Source of the DNA: an uncultured Gemmatimonadaceae bacterium
Lineage (GTDB): Bacteria > Gemmatimonadota > Gemmatimonadetes > Gemmatimonadales > Gemmatimonadaceae
Assembly: GCA_963843845.1 (NCBI GenBank)
Contig: CAWJMB010000002.1
Coordinates: 1,504,001 to 1,568,000, forward strand
Reading direction: 5' to 3'
Length of the DNA stretch: 64,000 nt
Part shown: piece by piece, positions 42,054 through 52,004 of the stretch
Layout of the letters: every line of letters starts with the position of its first letter
Position numbering within the stretch: the stretch's first letter is position 1
Made by a program: the position numbers and the translations under genes
Notes under the pieces: model-generated
Told to the model about the DNA's origin: nothing
Database searches by the model: none
What the model saw: only the letters and a program-made list of their open reading frames with translations

Positions 42054-42120
42054 TTTCCACCGCTCGTTCCCTTTTCATTCCTAAACGTCCGCAAGGATAC
42101 GATAGGAGCGCAGGTAATTC

Positions 42121-42522
42121 ATGAGCATGACCGATCCGATCGCCGACATGCTCACGCGGATCCGGAACGCTTGCATGAGCAAGCACCGCCGCGTGGACAT
42201 GCCGCTGTCGAAGATGAAAGTCGAAGTCGCGCGCATCCTGAAGGAGAACAACTTCGTTCAGGATTACCGCGTGGTCGATACGGAAGACGGGCGCAAGGCG
42301 CTGCGCGTCATCCTGAAGTATGCGGCGGGTGGAACACCCGTCATCCGTGAGCTGCACCGCGTCTCGACGCCCGGCCTGCGCAAGTACGTCGGCGTGAGCG
42401 AGATCCCGCGGGTGCGCAACGGACTCGGGATGGCGATCCTGAGCACGTCGCAGGGGCTCCTCTCGGACCGTCAGGCGCGCCAGAAGCGCACCGGCGGCGA
42501 GCTCCTCGCCCTCGTCTGGTAA
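42121..42522 (+). CDS. rpsH: 30S ribosomal protein S8
   Basis: DPIADMLTRIRNA, STPGLRKY, GGELL. Confidence 0.99.
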   Translation: MSMTDPIADMLTRIRNACMSKHRRVDMPLSKMKVEVARILKENNFVQDYRVVDTEDGRKALRVILKYAAGGTPVIRELHRVSTPGLRKYVGVSEIPRVRNGLGMAILSTSQGLLSDRQARQKRTGGELLALVW

Positions 42523-42537
42523 GGGAGGCATCCGAAC

Positions 42538-43077
42538 ATGTCACGTATCGGTAAGCTTCCGATCGCGGTGCCGAGCGGCGTGTCGGTCGCGCTCGACGGC
42601 AATCGCATCACGGTGAAGGGGCCGAGAGGCGAGCTCTCCCGCACGCTGCCGGCCGACATCACCGTCGCGCAGACCGGCGCGGAGCTGAACGTCACGCGTC
42701 CGTCCGACGAGCCGACCCACAAGGCGCTGCATGGCCTCACGCGCTCGCTCGTGAACAACATGGTCGAGGGTGTGACCAAGGGATACACGAAGACGCTCGA
42801 GATCTCCGGCGTCGGCTACAAGGCCGAGGTCCGTCCGTACGGCTTGCAGTTCGCGCTGGGGTATTCGCACCCGATCGAAGTGCGCGCGCCGGCAGGCGTG
42901 TCGCTGACGGCGCCGAACCCGACCACGGTGATCGTCTCGGGGTCGGACAAGGAAGTCGTCGGTCGCGTCGCGGCGGAGATCCGCAAGTTGCGCAAGCCGG
43001 AGCCGTACAAGGGGAAGGGCGTGAAATACCAGGGTGAGACGATCCGCCGGAAGGCGGGCAAGGCGGGAGGTAAGTAA
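42538..43077 (+). CDS. rplF: 50S ribosomal protein L6
   Basis: [26 protein letters not shown]. Confidence 0.99.
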   Translation: MSRIGKLPIAVPSGVSVALDGNRITVKGPRGELSRTLPADITVAQTGAELNVTRPSDEPTHKALHGLTRSLVNNMVEGVTKGYTKTLEISGVGYKAEVRPYGLQFALGYSHPIEVRAPAGVSLTAPNPTTVIVSGSDKEVVGRVAAEIRKLRKPEPYKGKGVKYQGETIRRKAGKAGGK

Positions 43078-43436
43078 TGCCGAGAGCTGCGATTCCGAAG
43101 ACGCGTGGGGAGAAGCGGGCACGCCGCCACCTTCGCGTTCGAAAGGCGATCAGCGGCACCGCCGAGCGTCCGCGTCTCGTCGTGTTCCGTTCGCTGAAGC
43201 ACATCACCGCCCAGCTCGTCGACGACACCCAGGGGCGCACGATTTTCACGGTCACCAGCGCCAGCGTCGGCGAAGGGAAGAAGACCGAGAAGTCGGCCGC
43301 CGTCGGGAAGCGTGTCGCGGAGCGGGCCAAGGAAGCCGGCATCACGCGCGTCGTGTTCGACCGCGCCGGATACCAGTACCACGGCCGCGTGAAAGCTGTG
43401 GCCGACGGCGCCCGCGAGGGCGGCCTGGAGTTCTGA
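43077..43436 (+). CDS. rplR: 50S ribosomal protein L18
   Basis: [35 protein letters not shown]. Confidence 0.99.
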   Translation: MPRAAIPKTRGEKRARRHLRVRKAISGTAERPRLVVFRSLKHITAQLVDDTQGRTIFTVTSASVGEGKKTEKSAAVGKRVAERAKEAGITRVVFDRAGYQYHGRVKAVADGAREGGLEF

Positions 43437-43437
43437 C

Positions 43438-44328
43438 ATGCCAGAGAATCAGACGAGTGGACAGGGTGGCGCCGGCGGCGCCGGCGGTGCCGGTGGCGCG
43501 GGTGGTGCCGGTGGCGCGGGTGGCCAGCAGCGGAGCGGCGGCCCCGGGCGCGGCCCCGGCGGCGGCGGCGGTGGGTTCAACCGCGGCCCTGGCGGTGGTA
43601 TCCGCGGGGGGCCGGGTGGCGGTCGTGGACGCGGCGGCCCGGGCGGCGGTCGTGGTCCGGGCGGGCCCGGCGGGCGCGGTCCTGGTGGCCCGGGCGGTCG
43701 CGGTGGCCCGGGCGGTGGTGGCCCGGGCGGCGGGCGCGGCGGGCGTGACGGCGGGCGCGGCGACGGTCGCGGTCAGGAGCGCGAAGGGAGCGATCTCGTC
43801 GAGAACGTGATCGCGATCAACCGTGTCGCGAAGGTCGTGAAGGGTGGCCGCCGCTTCTCGTTCAACGCGCTCGTCGCGGTCGGCGACGGGCAGGGGCGCG
43901 TCGGCTTCGCGACCGGCAAGGCGAACGAAGTCTCGGAGGCCGTGCGCAAAGCGGTCGACGCAGCGCGTCGCAACATGGTGTCGGTGCCGCTGACCGGCGG
44001 GACCATTCCGCACGAGGTGATCGGTCAGCACGGCGCCGGACGTGTGCTGCTCAAGCCTGCCGCGCCGGGTGCCGGCGTGATCGCCGGTGGCGCGGTGCGC
44101 GCGGTGATGGAGTGCGCGGGCATCGTCGACATCATCGGCAAGAGCCTCGGGTCGACCAACCCGCACAACCTCGTGCTCGCGGCGCTCGACGGACTGGCAC
44201 AGCTCACGACGGTCGAGCAGATCGCACGCGAGCGCGGCATCGAGACTGCAGCGGTCGGGTATCGGTCGCGCGCCGAGGTGCGCACGCGCGCGCCTCGCGC
44301 GGGACTCGCGGCCGTGGAGGCGGTGTAA
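43438..44328 (+). CDS. rpsE: 30S ribosomal protein S5 with long Gly/Arg/Pro-rich N-terminal extension
   Basis: [35 protein letters not shown]. Confidence 0.98.
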   Translation: MPENQTSGQGGAGGAGGAGGAGGAGGAGGQQRSGGPGRGPGGGGGGFNRGPGGGIRGGPGGGRGRGGPGGGRGPGGPGGRGPGGPGGRGGPGGGGPGGGRGGRDGGRGDGRGQEREGSDLVENVIAINRVAKVVKGGRRFSFNALVAVGDGQGRVGFATGKANEVSEAVRKAVDAARRNMVSVPLTGGTIPHEVIGQHGAGRVLLKPAAPGAGVIAGGAVRAVMECAGIVDIIGKSLGSTNPHNLVLAALDGLAQLTTVEQIARERGIETAAVGYRSRAEVRTRAPRAGLAAVEAV

Positions 44329-44329
44329 C

Positions 44330-44584
44330 ATGCCACGTACGTTCGTTTGGCATCCTGGCAAGGGGCCGAAGACGACGCCGAAGATGCTGCCGCCTTCGCT
44401 CGGGCAGCTTCGCATCAAGCAGGTGCGTAGTGAGATCGGGCACCCCGAGTCGTTGCGCCGCACGCTGCGCGCGATGGGGTTGCGGCACCACCAACAGGAG
44501 ATCGTGAAGCCGGACACGCCGTCGCTTCGCGGGCAGATCAAGCAGGTCCGTCACCTCGTCGAGGTGACGGCCGTGGAGGGGTGA
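44330..44584 (+). CDS. rpmD: 50S ribosomal protein L30 with N-terminal extension
   Basis: LRIKQVRSEIG...TLRAMGLRH...RGQIKQVRHLV. Confidence 0.95.
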   Translation: MPRTFVWHPGKGPKTTPKMLPPSLGQLRIKQVRSEIGHPESLRRTLRAMGLRHHQQEIVKPDTPSLRGQIKQVRHLVEVTAVEG

Positions 44585-44588
44585 GATC

Positions 44589-45059
44589 GTGGCCGACATG
44601 AGTGAGAAGATCGGGCTGCACAACCTGACGCCCGCGCCAGGCTCGCACCGCGACCGGAAGCGCCTTGGGCGCGGTCCGGGGTCGGGGACCGGCAAGACGT
44701 CAGGCAAGGGCCATAAGGGCTCGATGGCGCGCGCCGGACATGGCGGACCAGGCGGTGGCAAGCCTGGCTTCGAGGGCGGCCAGATGCCGCTGTCGCGCCG
44801 GTTGCCGAAGCGCGGGTTCAACAACACGCAGTTCCGCATCGAGAACCAGGAAGTGCGCCTCGGCGACCTCGAAGCGCTCGGGATGGACGAGATCTCGACC
44901 GACGCGATCGTGACGGCCGGGCTCGCGCGAGCGAACAAGGGGCCGGTGAAGGTTCTGTCGAACGGCACCGTGTCGCGTGCGATCACGGTGCGCGGCCTCA
45001 AGGTCAGCGCCGGCGCGAAGGCGAAGATCGAGGCAGCCGGCGGCCGCGTCGAAGCGTAG
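44589..45059 (+). CDS. rplO: 50S ribosomal protein L15
   Basis: RLGRGPGSGTGKTSGKGHKG, FEGGQMPLSRRLPKRGF. Confidence 0.98.
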   Translation: MADMSEKIGLHNLTPAPGSHRDRKRLGRGPGSGTGKTSGKGHKGSMARAGHGGPGGGKPGFEGGQMPLSRRLPKRGFNNTQFRIENQEVRLGDLEALGMDEISTDAIVTAGLARANKGPVKVLSNGTVSRAITVRGLKVSAGAKAKIEAAGGRVEA

Positions 45060-45067
45060 TATTCACC

Positions 45068-46411
45068 ATGGCCCAGGCTAATCCGGCGGCAGCGATCGCC
45101 AACATCTACCGCACCCCGGAACTCTGGCAGAAGATCGTCTTCACGTTCGTCTGCCTGCTGATCTACCGGGCCGGTGCGCACATCACGGCGCCTGGGGTCG
45201 ACGTCCAGGCGCTGACCGACTACTTCGCCACGCAGCAGGGTGGCGGGGGGCTGCTCGGGCTGTACGATCTGTTCGTCGGTGGCGGGCTGTCGAGGGCGAC
45301 CGTGTTCGCCCTCGGCATCATGCCGTACATCTCGGCCAGCATCTTCACGCAGATCGCCGGGGCAGTCGTCCCGACGGTCGACAAGATGCAGAAGGACGAG
45401 GAAGGGCGGAAACGCCTCAATCAGTGGACGCGCTACATCACGGTCGGCCTCGCCGCCGTTCAGGCGTACGGCTTCGCGCTGTTCACGCAGTCGCTGCCGA
45501 ACGCCGTGGTGCGCCCCGGATTCGGGTTCATGGTCCAGATGATCCTGGTGCTCACGACCGGGGCCCTGTTCGTGATGTGGCTCGGTGAGCAGATCACGGA
45601 GCGGGGCATCGGCAACGGGGCGTCGCTGCTGATCTTCTTCTCGATCATCGAGCGGTTCTGGCCGGGGATCTTCCAGACGTTCCAGTTCGTGTCGACGGGT
45701 GCGCTCAACGTGCTCGCGCTCGTGATCCTGGGCGTCGTCATGGTGGCCGTCGTCGCCGGTGTCATCGCGATCACGGTCGCGGCGCGCCGCGTGGTGGTGC
45801 AGATCCCGCAGCGGACGATGGCGCGCGGTCGCATGCGCGAGGCGACGAAGAACTTCATCCCGCTCCGCATCAATACGGCGGGCGTCATGCCGATCATCTT
45901 CGCGCAGTCGGTGATCGTCGTGCCGGGAGCGCTGGGCCAGTTCTTCGGCACGCAGTTCCCGTTCTTGCAGACGTTCGCGGAGTACTTCACGCCGCCGTCG
46001 CCGCTGTACTTCGTGCTCATGGCGATCCTGATCCTCGTGTTCACGTACTTCTACACGGCGATCATCTTCAATCCTGTCGACCTCGCGGAGAACCTGAAGA
46101 AGCAGGGCGGGTTCGTGCCGGGGGTGAAGCCGGGTGCCAAGACGGCGGAATACATCGACGCGGTCGTCACGCGGATCACGCTTCCCGGCGCGATCTTCCT
46201 CACGATCATCGCGCTCATGCCGATCGTGATCGGTCAGATGCTGAACGTGCCGTTCCAGTTCGGGGGGACGTCGCTGCTCATCGTCGTCGGCGTCGCGCTC
46301 GACACGATGACGCAGATGCAGCAGCATCTGCTGCTCCGCAAGTACGACGGCTTCATGAAGAAGGGGCGCGTTCGCTACCGAGGGCGTAGTCAGGCGACTG
46401 GCGGGTTCTAA
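45068..46411 (+). CDS. secY: Preprotein translocase subunit SecY
   Basis: FALGIMPYISASI, MWLGEQITERGIGNG, FGGTSLLIVVGV. Confidence 0.99.
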   Translation: MAQANPAAAIANIYRTPELWQKIVFTFVCLLIYRAGAHITAPGVDVQALTDYFATQQGGGGLLGLYDLFVGGGLSRATVFALGIMPYISASIFTQIAGAVVPTVDKMQKDEEGRKRLNQWTRYITVGLAAVQAYGFALFTQSLPNAVVRPGFGFMVQMILVLTTGALFVMWLGEQITERGIGNGASLLIFFSIIERFWPGIFQTFQFVSTGALNVLALVILGVVMVAVVAGVIAITVAARRVVVQIPQRTMARGRMREATKNFIPLRINTAGVMPIIFAQSVIVVPGALGQFFGTQFPFLQTFAEYFTPPSPLYFVLMAILILVFTYFYTAIIFNPVDLAENLKKQGGFVPGVKPGAKTAEYIDAVVTRITLPGAIFLTIIALMPIVIGQMLNVPFQFGGTSLLIVVGVALDTMTQMQQHLLLRKYDGFMKKGRVRYRGRSQATGGF

Positions 46412-46498
46412 TCCACTGCCGGGGGTCGGGGATCGGGGATCGGGGATCGGGAGCAGGCAGCTTTCGGATCCCCGATCCCATATCCCCGATCCCCGACT
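46412..46498. repeat. Heptamer (GGGGATC) inverted tandem-repeat hairpin after secY
   Basis: GGGGGTC-GGGGATC-GGGGATC-GGGGATC ... GATCCCC-GATCCCA-TATCCCC-GATCCCC-GACTC. Confidence 0.85.
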
Positions 46499-46508
46499 CT
46501 TTTCTCTC

Positions 46509-47150
46509 ATGGTCATCGTTCTCTTCGGAAAGCCCGGCGCCGGGAAGGGCACGCAGGCGCCGCGTCTGGCGGAGTCCTTAGGCGCTCCGATCCTCGCGAC
46601 AGGAGACGTGCTGCGCGCAGCTCGGCGGGCGGGAACGCCGCTCGGGCTCGAGGCGCAGGCGTACATGGACCGCGGCGCGCTCGTGCCGGACAGCGTGATC
46701 CTGGGGATCGTCAAGGAAACGCTCGCGACCCCGCAGTTCGCGGGGGGCGCCGTGCTCGACGGGGTCGTGCGCACCGTGCCACAGGCCGAAGGGCTCGAGC
46801 GCGTACTGCGCGAGCTCGGGCGGAAGCTCGACGCGGTCCTCGTGTTCGACATCGACGACGAGGAGATCGTGCGGCGCATCAGCGGTCGAGTCATCTGCGA
46901 CGCCTGTCAGACTCCGTTCACCGGGTTCGCGCCCGGCGATCCGTGCCCCAAACCGGAGCACGACGGCGGTCACCTGCTCCGTCGTAAAGACGACGAGCCG
47001 GAAGCGGTTCGCACTCGGCTCGACGTGTACCGTGCTCAGACGCTGCCGGTGCTCGACTGGTATGCCAGTAATGGCGCGAAGGTGTGTAAGATCGACGCCG
47101 TCGGGTCGGTCGACGAGGTGACGCAGCGCGCCATGGCGTGCGTGGGATAG
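46509..47150 (+). CDS. adk: Adenylate kinase
   Basis: GKPGAGKGTQA, TGDVLR, LDGVVRT, Cys-containing LID, RKDD. Confidence 0.96.
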   Translation: MVIVLFGKPGAGKGTQAPRLAESLGAPILATGDVLRAARRAGTPLGLEAQAYMDRGALVPDSVILGIVKETLATPQFAGGAVLDGVVRTVPQAEGLERVLRELGRKLDAVLVFDIDDEEIVRRISGRVICDACQTPFTGFAPGDPCPKPEHDGGHLLRRKDDEPEAVRTRLDVYRAQTLPVLDWYASNGAKVCKIDAVGSVDEVTQRAMACVG

Positions 47151-47162
47151 GCTGAGGCGATC

Positions 47163-47948
47163 GTGGGAACGATTCAGCTCAAGAGCGCGCGCGAGATCGA
47201 GACGATGGCGCGCGGTGGGCGCATTCTCGCCGGCGCGCTCGCGCTGCTGCGACGCGAGGTGCGCCCCGGCCTGACGACACTCGACCTCGACACGCTCGCA
47301 GAAGATTTCATCCGCTCGCACAGCGGTGCGGTGCCCGCGTTCAAGGGGCTGTACGGCTTCCCCGGCAGCGCCTGCGTCTCGATGAACAACGAGATCGTGC
47401 ACGGGATCCCGTCGAAGAAGCGCGTGCTCGTCGAGGGCGACATCGTGACGGTCGATATCGGCGTGAAATTCGAAGGCTACTTCACCGACGCCGCCGAGAC
47501 CGTCGGCGTCGGCGCGATCTCGGCGGGGGATCAGCGGCTGCTCGACGTGACGCGGGAGTCGTTGTACGCGGGGATCGACGCCGCGCGGCCGGGAAACCAC
47601 ATCGGCGACATCGGCCACGCCGTGCAGACGATCGTCGAGCGTGCGGGGTTCAGCGTCGTGCGTGAGCTCGTGGGGCACGGCGTCGGCACGGGGCCGCACG
47701 AGGAGCCGCAAGTGCCGAACTACGGCAAGCCGAAGCGCGGCACGAAGCTGTCACCCGGGCTCACGATCGCGATCGAGCCGATGGTGAATGCCGGGCTCCC
47801 GGGTACGCGCACGCTGCCGGACAAGTGGACCGTGGTGACGATCGACGGCAAGCGCTCGGCGCACTTCGAGCACACGGTCGCGGTGACCGAACAGGGGCCG
47901 CGCGTGCTGACGCGGCTCGACGACGTACTCAGCGCGTCGGCGGCCTAA
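47163..47948 (+). CDS. map: Methionine aminopeptidase type I
   Basis: NNEIVHGIP, GHGVG, HEEPQV, AIEPMV, SAHFEHT. Confidence 0.97.
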   Translation: MGTIQLKSAREIETMARGGRILAGALALLRREVRPGLTTLDLDTLAEDFIRSHSGAVPAFKGLYGFPGSACVSMNNEIVHGIPSKKRVLVEGDIVTVDIGVKFEGYFTDAAETVGVGAISAGDQRLLDVTRESLYAGIDAARPGNHIGDIGHAVQTIVERAGFSVVRELVGHGVGTGPHEEPQVPNYGKPKRGTKLSPGLTIAIEPMVNAGLPGTRTLPDKWTVVTIDGKRSAHFEHTVAVTEQGPRVLTRLDDVLSASAA

Positions 47949-47996
47949 CGGATCGCTCGGCGGGTGGACTGCCGGCCGGAGCGGGCGCCGGGCGGC

Positions 47997-49527
47997 TCAT
48001 CCGCCTAACGCCCGCTCGACCGCAGCCTGCGCCGCGCCCGACGCGCGCTCGGCGCGGTCGAGCGCGGCGCGGCCGGCCTCGACGAGTGGAGCGCCGACAG
48101 CGCGGTCGCTCAGCGCGACGACGTTGACGCGCACGTTGTAGAGCGCGCCGCGACAGGCCGCCTCCGCGAGCAGCGCGGCGACGCCGGCGTCGGTCACGGC
48201 GTTCGTGTTCCCGCGCTCGGCGACGACCGCGGCCAGCTCTGCGACGTCGGCCGACGCCTGGGCGGTCTCCAGGGGCACACGTGCGGCGCCGATCAGCGCG
48301 CTCTGGATCGCCGCGTCGCGCGAGCCGCCAGCGTCGGCCGGGTCGCTCTGGAGCTTGTAGGCCGCGCTCACCGCTTCGTAGGCCTGGGCGTCCGCGGCGA
48401 CGAGCGCGGCGAGGCGGTTGCCGAGCGCCGCGGCGCGCAGCGCGAGGTCGCGCATCTCGGCGTCGACGGCCGCGTACTTCTTCTTGCCGACCGTGAGGCC
48501 GGCGACCATCTGCGCGAGCGCGGCGCCGAGCGCGCCGGCGTGCGCGGCGACGCTGCCGCCGCCGGGCGTCGGCGCCGGCGCGGCGACCGATGCGACGAAG
48601 CCGCTCAGCGACGTGCCTCCCTGCACGGCCTCGCGCACGCGGTGCTCGAGGATCATCGCCCGCGAGAAGCCGCGCAGCTGCACGTGCCGCGCGCCCGCCT
48701 CGAGGAGCACGCGCTCGGGCACGAGCCCCACGAGCTCGCTCCACGTCGTCGCGACGCCGTGCGCCGCGGCCTCCTTCCGCACCATCTCGAACGCGCGGTA
48801 CATCGGCGTCCGCTCGGTGTCGACGAGGTTCATCGAGACCTGCGCCTGGCCGTCGACCTCGAGGCCGAGCCCCTTCACGTAGCGCAGCCCGCCGGACGAT
48901 CCGCGCACCGCCTTCGCGACCTCCTTGGCGACCGGCAGGTTGGACGCGGGGCCGAGGTAGACGTTGTAGGCGACGAGGAAGGGGCGCGCGCCGACGACGG
49001 TCGCGCCGGCGGTGGGGTGGATGCGCGCGGCGCCGAAGTCGGGGACCCGGCTCGCGTTCGTCTCGATCTCGGCGCGCATCCCCTCGAACTCGCCGCGGCG
49101 GACGTCCGCGAGGTTCTCGCGGTCGGGTCGGGTCGCCGCGCGCTCGTAGAGGTAGACCGGGATCGCGAGCTCGCGTGCGACGCGCTCGCCGAGCGCGCGC
49201 GCGAGCGAGATGCAGTCGTGCATCGTGCTTCCCCACGCCTCGAGCGGCACGAACGGCACGACGTCCGTCGCGCCGAGCCGCGGGTGCTCGCCCTGGTGGC
49301 TCGTGAGGTCGATCAGCTCGGCCGCCTTCGCGATCCCCGCGAACGCGGCGTCGACGGCAGAGTCGATCGTGGCGACGAACGTGACGACCGTGCGGTTGTG
49401 CGAGGCGTCGGACGAGACGTCGAGGATCGTCGCGCCGCTCACCGCGGCGATGGCGTCGCGGATGGCGGCGACGACCTCGGGGCGGCGCCCTTCGCTGAAG
49501 TTGGGGACGCACTCGATCGAGCTTCAT
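47997..49527 (-). CDS. ftcd: Bifunctional glutamate formimidoyltransferase / formiminotetrahydrofolate cyclodeaminase (apparent frameshift just after the start)
   Basis: ECVPNFSEGR, HNRTVVT, HQGEHPRLGATDVVPF, PTPGGGSVAA. Confidence 0.9.
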
Positions 49528-49563
49528 GGCGCGCGGGAGGAGAGATAGTGGGCGAGCGGCGCC

Positions 49564-50402
49564 TCACGCGGAGGCCAGCGCAGCGTCTCCATCAGCCACG
49601 CGTGCATCGCCGGGCTCCCGGCGACGAGCCCGATGTGCGCGACGCGTGCGGGGGCGCCGTCGAGGTCGGTGACGACGCCGCCGGCCTCGCGCACGATGAC
49701 GAGGCCGGCGGCGATGTCCCACGGGAGAGAGCGTCAGCTCCCAGAAGGCGTCGAAGCGTCCGCAGGCCACGTCGCAGAGGTCGAGCGCGGCGGCGCCGGG
49801 GCGGCGGATGCCGGCCGTGGCGCGCGTGATCGCCGCGAAGTGGCGCAGGTACTCGTCGATGCGTCCGACGTTCTTGAACGGGAAGCCGGTGCCGACGAGC
49901 GCGCGGGCTGGGTCGGTGTTGCTCGTCACCCGGATCGGCTCGCGGGCGGCGTCGGGGCCGTCGCCCGTGACGCGCCACGCGCCGGCGCCGGCCGCGGCGG
50001 CGAACGTCTCGCCGGTCGGCACGTTGCGCACGACGCCGGCGAACGGCTCGCCGCCCGCGACCGCGCCGATCGATACGGCGTACCACGGGAACCCGTGCAG
50101 GAAGTTCGTCGTGCCGTCGAGCGGGTCGACGACGAATGCGAGACCGCCGGTGCCTAACGACGCGAGCGACGTCGCGGGATCGTAGCTCTCCTCGCCGATG
50201 AACGCGGCGCCCGGGTACGCGCCGAGCAGCGCGTCGCGCACGATCTGCTCGGCGCCGCGGTCGACGTCGCTCACGAAGTCGGCGGGGCCTTTGTGCTCCC
50301 ACGTCAGCTCGGGCAGGCGCGAGCGCCTGCGCCGCGATGAACTCCGCGGCGGCGGTCGCAGCGCTCGCAGGTCGCGAGGAGCGCGTCGACATCGACGGGC
50401 AC
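49564..50402 (-). CDS. Inositol monophosphatase family protein (SuhB-like; apparent frameshifts, start uncertain)
   Basis: IGEE, VDPLDGTTNFLHG, GAAALDLCDVACG, WDIAAG in a shifted frame. Confidence 0.88.
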
Positions 50403-50420
50403 GTCGGCAGCGCCGTCGCC

Positions 50421-50449
50421 TTGTTGCGCTTCCTGGGCGATTCTACCTT
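50421..50449 (+). promoter_or_regulatory. Possible sigma70 promoter giving a leaderless trpS transcript
   Basis: TTGTTG - 17 nt - TACCTT, 6 nt before the ATG; no SD. Confidence 0.4.
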
Positions 50450-50455
50450 GCGCGG

Positions 50456-51446
50456 ATGGCACAGATCTTCAGCGGCATCCAGCCGTCGGGGGAGCTGCAC
50501 ATCGGGAACTACCTCGGTGCGGTGAAGAACTGGGTGCAGCTGCAGGCGCAGTACCCGGGCGCGATCTTCTGCATCGTCGACTACCACGCGATCACCGGCG
50601 CGTACGACCCGGCGGTGCTGCGCGCGCGGCGGCGCGAGATGGCCGTGTCGCTGCTCGCCGCAGGAATCGACCCGGCGCAGGCGACGCTCTTCTTGCAGAG
50701 CGCGGTGCCGGAACATACCGAGCTCGCCTGGATCTTCAACACGATCACGCCGCTCGGCGAGCTCGAGCGGCAGACGCAGTACAAGGACAAGGCGTCCCGG
50801 CAGGAGAGCGTCGCCACGGGCATCCTCACGTACCCGGTGCTGCAGGCCGCGGACATCCTGCTGTATCGCGGCGACGCCGTGCCGGTGGGCGAGGATCAGG
50901 TGCAGCACCTCGAGCTGTCGCGCGAGATCGCGCGGAAGTGGAACGCGCGGTTCGCGCGCGACGACGCGCCGTACTTCCCCGAGCCGAAGGCGCTGCTCAC
51001 GCCGACGCGCCGCATCATGGGGCTCGACGGGCAGGCGAAGATGTCGAAGTCGCTCGGCAACACGATCGGCCTGCTGGAGTCGCGCGACGAGATCTGGGCG
51101 AAGCTGCGTCCGGCGGTGACCGACCCGGCGCGCGTCCGCAAGACCGATCCGGGGACGCCGGAGGTGTGCAACATCTATCATCTCCACAAGGCGTTCATCT
51201 CCGCCGCCGACGGTCGACGAGGTCGCGGAGAAGTGCCGTACTGCGGGCTGGGGATGCATCGAGTGCAAACAGGTGCTGCTCGAGCACGCCGACGCCGAGC
51301 TGACGCCGATCCGCGCGCGGGCCGACGCGATGCGCGACATGCCCGAGCTGGTACGCGATGCGCTCGATGCCGGCGCGGCGCGGTGCCGCAGCATCGCCGG
51401 GGCGACGATCGCGCACGTCAAGGATGCGATGGGGCTGACCGACTGA
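50456..51446 (+). CDS. trpS: Tryptophan--tRNA ligase (apparent frameshift near 51198)
   Basis: FSGIQPSGELHIGNYLG, YPVLQAADIL, VPVGEDQ, KMSKS. Confidence 0.96.
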
Positions 51447-51510
51447 GTGAGGCGGGTCGCATGGCTCTTGCTCTCGTCGGAGCATTCACCTTTCAGCGAG
51501 AGCGCGAGCC

Positions 51511-51849
51511 ATGGACCGAGTCGAGCACGACGACCGCGACGATGAGCAGCCTGTGGGACACGAGGCGAGTGGCGACGCGCTTCGGCGCGAGATGGCGAAG
51601 CCGACGATCGAGTCGGTGACGACGATGGTGTGTCTCACGTGCGGCGCCGAGCAGTTCTTCGAGCAGGCGGTGCCGGCGCACCTGACGTGTGCCACGTGCG
51701 GCGGCTCGGTGTTCCGGACGTTCGACACGCCGACGGAACGCGATGAGGCAACGATCGCCCACCTCGAAGAAGAGGCGCGGAGCATTCAGCTCGGAGACTC
51801 GTCGCCGCAGACCGCACCGGACGACGTGCGCGACCTCGAAATCGGGTAG
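51511..51849 (+). CDS. Small acidic zinc-ribbon protein (hypothetical)
   Basis: CLTC...CATC motifs; acidic tail. Confidence 0.65.
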   Translation: MDRVEHDDRDDEQPVGHEASGDALRREMAKPTIESVTTMVCLTCGAEQFFEQAVPAHLTCATCGGSVFRTFDTPTERDEATIAHLEEEARSIQLGDSSPQTAPDDVRDLEIG

Positions 51850-52004
51850 GGCGAGGGGCGCGGGCGTGCGGCGTCGCGTCGCCACGGCGACCTCCGCACG
51901 GTTTTGAGACCGCCGACAGGCGCCGCTCGTCTCATGCTGATGGCGCGATCGGCGCGGCCGACCTCGGGCGCCTGGTCGCGCACACTGCGCCTGGAGAGCC
52001 TGTC

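Noticed and set aside
46412..46498. Heptamer arrays as CRISPR or IS ends
   Set aside because: No unique spacers, no cas or transposase genes, and no target-site duplication seen
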